DNA from: Helicobacteraceae bacterium
GTDB lineage: Bacteria; Campylobacterota; Campylobacteria; Campylobacterales; Sulfurimonadaceae
Reading direction: 5' to 3'
Assembly: GCA_015488775.1 (NCBI GenBank)
Contig: WFNF01000159.1
Location: 2,988 to 66,987 of the forward strand
DNA length: 64,000 nucleotides
Part shown: piece by piece, positions 61,102-64,000 of the stretch
How the letters are laid out: each line of letters opens with the position of its first letter
Position numbering within the stretch: position 1 is the first letter of the stretch
The notes under the pieces: model-generated
Databases searched by the model: none
Told to the model about the DNA's origin: nothing
What the model saw: only the letters and a program-made list of their open reading frames with translations
Program-made: the position numbers and the translations under genes

Positions 61102-61932
61102 TTATATTAATGTATCTGTATTGATTGCAAAACCAACAGATTTTATGTTATCACTTGTGTAAGAACCGCCACGAGCATAAATCTCATTTTTTTCAATAAC
61201 TCTGTAAAAAAGCTCATCATAATAAAGCATAGCAGAGTAGTAAAGCGGAGATAAAACAAAGTTTTTATACTCAAGCTTTAAAGCTAAATCTTTTAGTTTT
61301 TCCAACTCAACTTTGATGTTAGATGGAACTATCTCTAATGCTTTATCTAAATCTTCTAGAGTCTCTAAATAAACAAGTTTAGTCAACCACTCAACACCTA
61401 AAGATAAAAATTTATCCACTTTTATAAGTTTAAAATCTTCAAGATTTAAGTCTAACTCTTCACATATAAGTTTTGGTATCTTTATATTACAAAGTTGCAA
61501 AAGTGGTTCAAGTTTTAACTCTTTAAACACTTTCATATTTACATTTAGAACATCTTCCAAAGCATTAGTATCTATAAACTCTGCACCAACTTGATTTGTC
61601 TCAAAAGATGGTGCTTTAAACACTGGTTGAATGTAAAACCACTTTTTATGAGATGTATTATTACCTAATCTTTTAGTTATAATCTTTACAACATCTATAG
61701 TTGAGTCTGCTCTTAGGCTCATCTGATTGTTTGCACTATCACTAACTCTTACAAGTTCTCTAGTGTTTGAGATGCTATGGTGTTGGTGGTAAGAGAAAAG
61801 TGGTGTTACTATCTCCTCAAAACCCTCTTCAAATAAAACATTTGAAGCTATAGCCTCTATCTCTCTTTTTTTCTTAGCATTTTCACCAAAATAAAGTTTT
61901 GAACCAGTTGGTATCTCGTGTTCTAGTATCAC
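61102..61932 (-). CDS. hisZ: ATP phosphoribosyltransferase regulatory subunit HisZ-like (class II aaRS-like)
   Basis: 276 aa. IPTGSKLYFGENAKKKREIE..GFEEIVTPLF. hisZ-purA adjacency is common. Confidence 0.55.
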   Translation of the reverse strand: MILEHEIPTGSKLYFGENAKKKREIEAIASNVLFEEGFEEIVTPLFSYHQHHSISNTRELVRVSDSANNQMSLRADSTIDVVKIITKRLGNNTSHKKWFYIQPVFKAPSFETNQVGAEFIDTNALEDVLNVNMKVFKELKLEPLLQLCNIKIPKLICEELDLNLEDFKLIKVDKFLSLGVEWLTKLVYLETLEDLDKALEIVPSNIKVELEKLKDLALKLEYKNFVLSPLYYSAMLYYDELFYRVIEKNEIYARGGSYTSDNIKSVGFAINTDTLI

Positions 61933-63042
61933 TTAGTTTATCCCGTAATATATTTCATTAAAAACTTTAGAAGCTTTTGCTTCATAGTTTAAACGACCAA
62001 GTTTAGCTAAGGCTAACTCAACAGCATTTACAACCCAAGATGCTTCATAAGCTTTTATCAAACCCATGTGATTGATTCTAAAGATTTTACCTTTTAGATG
62101 ATCTTGTCCACCTGCGATATTTACATCAAGCTCTTTTTTCAAGATTGACCTAATTTCACTAGCATTTTCATCTATGATTGTTGTCATTGATGAAGCGGGG
62201 CTATTTGGATATATCTTTAAACCAATAGCCTTTAATGCTTCTCTAGTAGCCTCAGCTCTTTTTGATGTATTTTCATAAAGAGTATCTAAACCACCCTCTT
62301 TCTCTATCTCACTTAAAATCGCATCCACACCCATAACTAAAGTTGTAGCAGCAGTATAAGCAGTTGTGTTTTGTTGCTGTTTTTTTATCTCACTAGCAAG
62401 GTTTAAGTAGTAACCCTTACCACTTCCTATTTTTTCTATAGATGCCTTGCTTAAGCCAAGTATAGCAAGTCCAGGAGGCAACATCAAAGCTTTTTGACTT
62501 CCAGCTAAAAGTGCATCTATATTTGTAACATCAATACTCTCAACACCAACAGCAGTTATACCATCAGCAATAATCATAATATCTGGATTTATCTCTTTTG
62601 CTTTTTTAGCGATATCTTCAACATTGTGTCTAAGTCCACCAGCACTCTCAGATATCTGTATAGCTATAGCATCTACATCTGGATTTGCCTTCAAAACTTC
62701 AATCACTTCATCAGCGCTTGGAGCTACATTCCACTCATTTTTAATCTCTACATTTTTAAGATTGTTTGCTTTTGCGATTTTACCAAAACGCTCACCAAAC
62801 TTTCCAGAGTTTATACTTAAAAGTGTGTTGTGACAAAGGTTAATAACTGCTGCTTCCATAGCGCCAGTACCACTTGTTGCAAGCATCACAACCTCATCTG
62901 TTTTCATTAAAGAAAAAAGTTTAGCTCTAGCATCAGCAAAGATAGCCTCAAACTCAGGTGTTCTATGGTGTATAGTTGGAGTTGCCATAGCAACACGAAC
63001 TGACTCAGGTACTGGAGTTGGTCCAGGAGTAAAAAGTAACAT
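61933..63042 (-). CDS. class V aminotransferase (serine-pyruvate/alanine-glyoxylate/phosphoserine aminotransferase family)
   Basis: 369 aa. LLFTPGPTPVPE.. and the PLP-lysine context AGSQKALMLPPG. Confidence 0.85.
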   Translation of the reverse strand: MLLFTPGPTPVPESVRVAMATPTIHHRTPEFEAIFADARAKLFSLMKTDEVVMLATSGTGAMEAAVINLCHNTLLSINSGKFGERFGKIAKANNLKNVEIKNEWNVAPSADEVIEVLKANPDVDAIAIQISESAGGLRHNVEDIAKKAKEINPDIMIIADGITAVGVESIDVTNIDALLAGSQKALMLPPGLAILGLSKASIEKIGSGKGYYLNLASEIKKQQQNTTAYTAATTLVMGVDAILSEIEKEGGLDTLYENTSKRAEATREALKAIGLKIYPNSPASSMTTIIDENASEIRSILKKELDVNIAGGQDHLKGKIFRINHMGLIKAYEASWVVNAVELALAKLGRLNYEAKASKVFNEIYYGIN

Positions 63043-63206
63043 AATTAGTATCCTCTTTAAAAATTAATGAAAAACCTCATTTTAAGATTTTTAATAAATT
63101 CTCATTTTTCAAACCGCGTATTATAGCGTATTTGATTTTAAGGTTTTATTTTAGTTGGGATTTGGGTGGTGTTTTAGTAATTTTTCACTCTAAAAAGAAA
63201 AATAAT

Positions 63207-63330
63207 GAATGTGAGCTTTACAAACTTCTCCAACGCAAGGGAGAGGTTGAAACCTCACTTCCGAAGAGATATAAAAACTGCATTGGAGGTGAGACTTTAG
63301 TCTCGCTTTACAAACTTCTCCAACGCAAGA
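63207..63330. repeat. two tandem ~89-nt REP-like units (diverged subfamily)
   Basis: gctttacaaacttctccaacgcaag is duplicated exactly at 63215-63239 and 63304-63328. Hairpins GAGGTT-ga-AACCTC (63241-63254) and GAGAC-ttta-GTCTC (63291-63304). Confidence 0.8.
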
Positions 63331-63344
63331 ATAATCTCAAATCT

Positions 63345-64000
63345 TTACTTCAAATATGATATATCTATATTTTTCAACTCTTTTTCTAAAGAGTAATTTA
63401 AACCTCTCTCTATCATTTTTTTATTTTGTTTTAGTTGTGACACAGTTTCATCTAAAAAGTACTTAAACTGTTTTCTGTAAATTATTTGCCTTCTTGCGTT
63501 TCTATATAAAACATTGAAAGTAGATATGTATAACTTGTTATTATCTAAATCTTTTATGATTATGTTTAAAAGTTGCTTTGATGGGATTTTTTCATTTTTT
63601 AGACTTGTGTATCTGTTTAAAAGATATTTAAAATATTTACTTTGTTTTTTTAGCTCTTGATTATATTTTTGAACAAACTCTACATAAAAATCTAAAGTGT
63701 TATCTGCATCTCTTAAACTTTTTTCAATCATCAAGATAGTTTGTTTCTCTTTAAAAGCAGCAGGTCTTCCTATTAAAGATTTTGATGATAACTCTATAAT
63801 CTTAGTATATAAAGATTTTACATCTACACCATCAATCTCAAAAACTTTTTCTAAGTAGTAAGAAAATCCATTATCGTAAACCTTTGAGTATAGTTTGAGT
63901 ATCTCATCACTGCTGTTCATATATCCATTTTGTTTAAGAAAATTTATGATTTGGTAGGCTAACTCTGCATCTATGCTTTCATCGCTAGTGTTTATGTACT
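63345..64000 (-). CDS. hypothetical protein, probably 5'-truncated by the window edge
   Basis: The ORF track starts it at M 63920, but the frame stays open to position 64000 (..YINTSDESIDAELAYQIINFLKQNGY-MNSSDE..). Lys-rich and helical, no motif recognised. Confidence 0.4.
   Translation of the reverse strand, partial: YINTSDESIDAELAYQIINFLKQNGYMNSSDEILKLYSKVYDNGFSYYLEKVFEIDGVDVKSLYTKIIELSSKSLIGRPAAFKEKQTILMIEKSLRDADNTLDFYVEFVQKYNQELKKQSKYFKYLLNRYTSLKNEKIPSKQLLNIIIKDLDNNKLYISTFNVLYRNARRQIIYRKQFKYFLDETVSQLKQNKKMIERGLNYSLEKELKNIDISYLK

Noticed and set aside
63132-63359. 75-aa ORF containing duplicated LYKLLQRK
   Set aside because: It is produced by translating through the two REP-like units. 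It has no RBS, and the duplication is at the DNA-repeat level.

Overview
AT-rich chromosomal segment (about one-third G+C by eye). Gene content and synteny read like a Campylobacterota (Epsilonproteobacteria) genome, possibly Sulfurimonas-like; this is inferred and was not checked against any database. The supporting genes are the ndk-DUF177-rpmF-plsX-fabH block, metK, clpB, htrA, carA, hisZ-purA-fliJ-like, ahpC, a CheZ-like phosphatase and many chemotaxis and c-di-GMP signalling genes. I call about 70 genes. I found no rRNA, tRNA, CRISPR array, transposase or integrase. The housekeeping backbone is interrupted by several accessory or unusual parts. (1) A tightly packed minus-strand cassette (5853-8699) of four orphan small proteins, a Nudix-like fragment and a terminal WYL-domain regulator, wedged between ahpC and metK. 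(2) A lipoprotein GH18 chitinase (19431-21920) fused to an N-terminal CxxCH cytochrome c-like module through a 39-nt tandem-repeat Asn/Thr/Asp/Ser linker. (3) An orphan 1031-aa lipoprotein. (4) A decayed Phd/YefM-RelE/ParE-like toxin-antitoxin remnant that the ORF track does not show. (5) A complete 12-gene Gsp-type type II secretion cluster (39756-49787), followed by cNMP-binding and GGDEF/EAL genes. (6) A structured REP-like intergenic repeat family at three loci, with compensatory substitutions in both of its hairpins. (7) A GC-rich 15-mer shared by the chitinase and T2SS promoter regions. (8) A chemoreceptor gene broken by two compensating homopolymer frameshifts. (9) A membrane protein ending in four tandem (G/A/M)GKCG cysteine repeats. 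All functional calls rest on motifs I recognise in the translations, and nothing was searched. The candidates for something new are the WYL cassette, the chitinase/T2SS pairing with its shared motif, and the repeat family.
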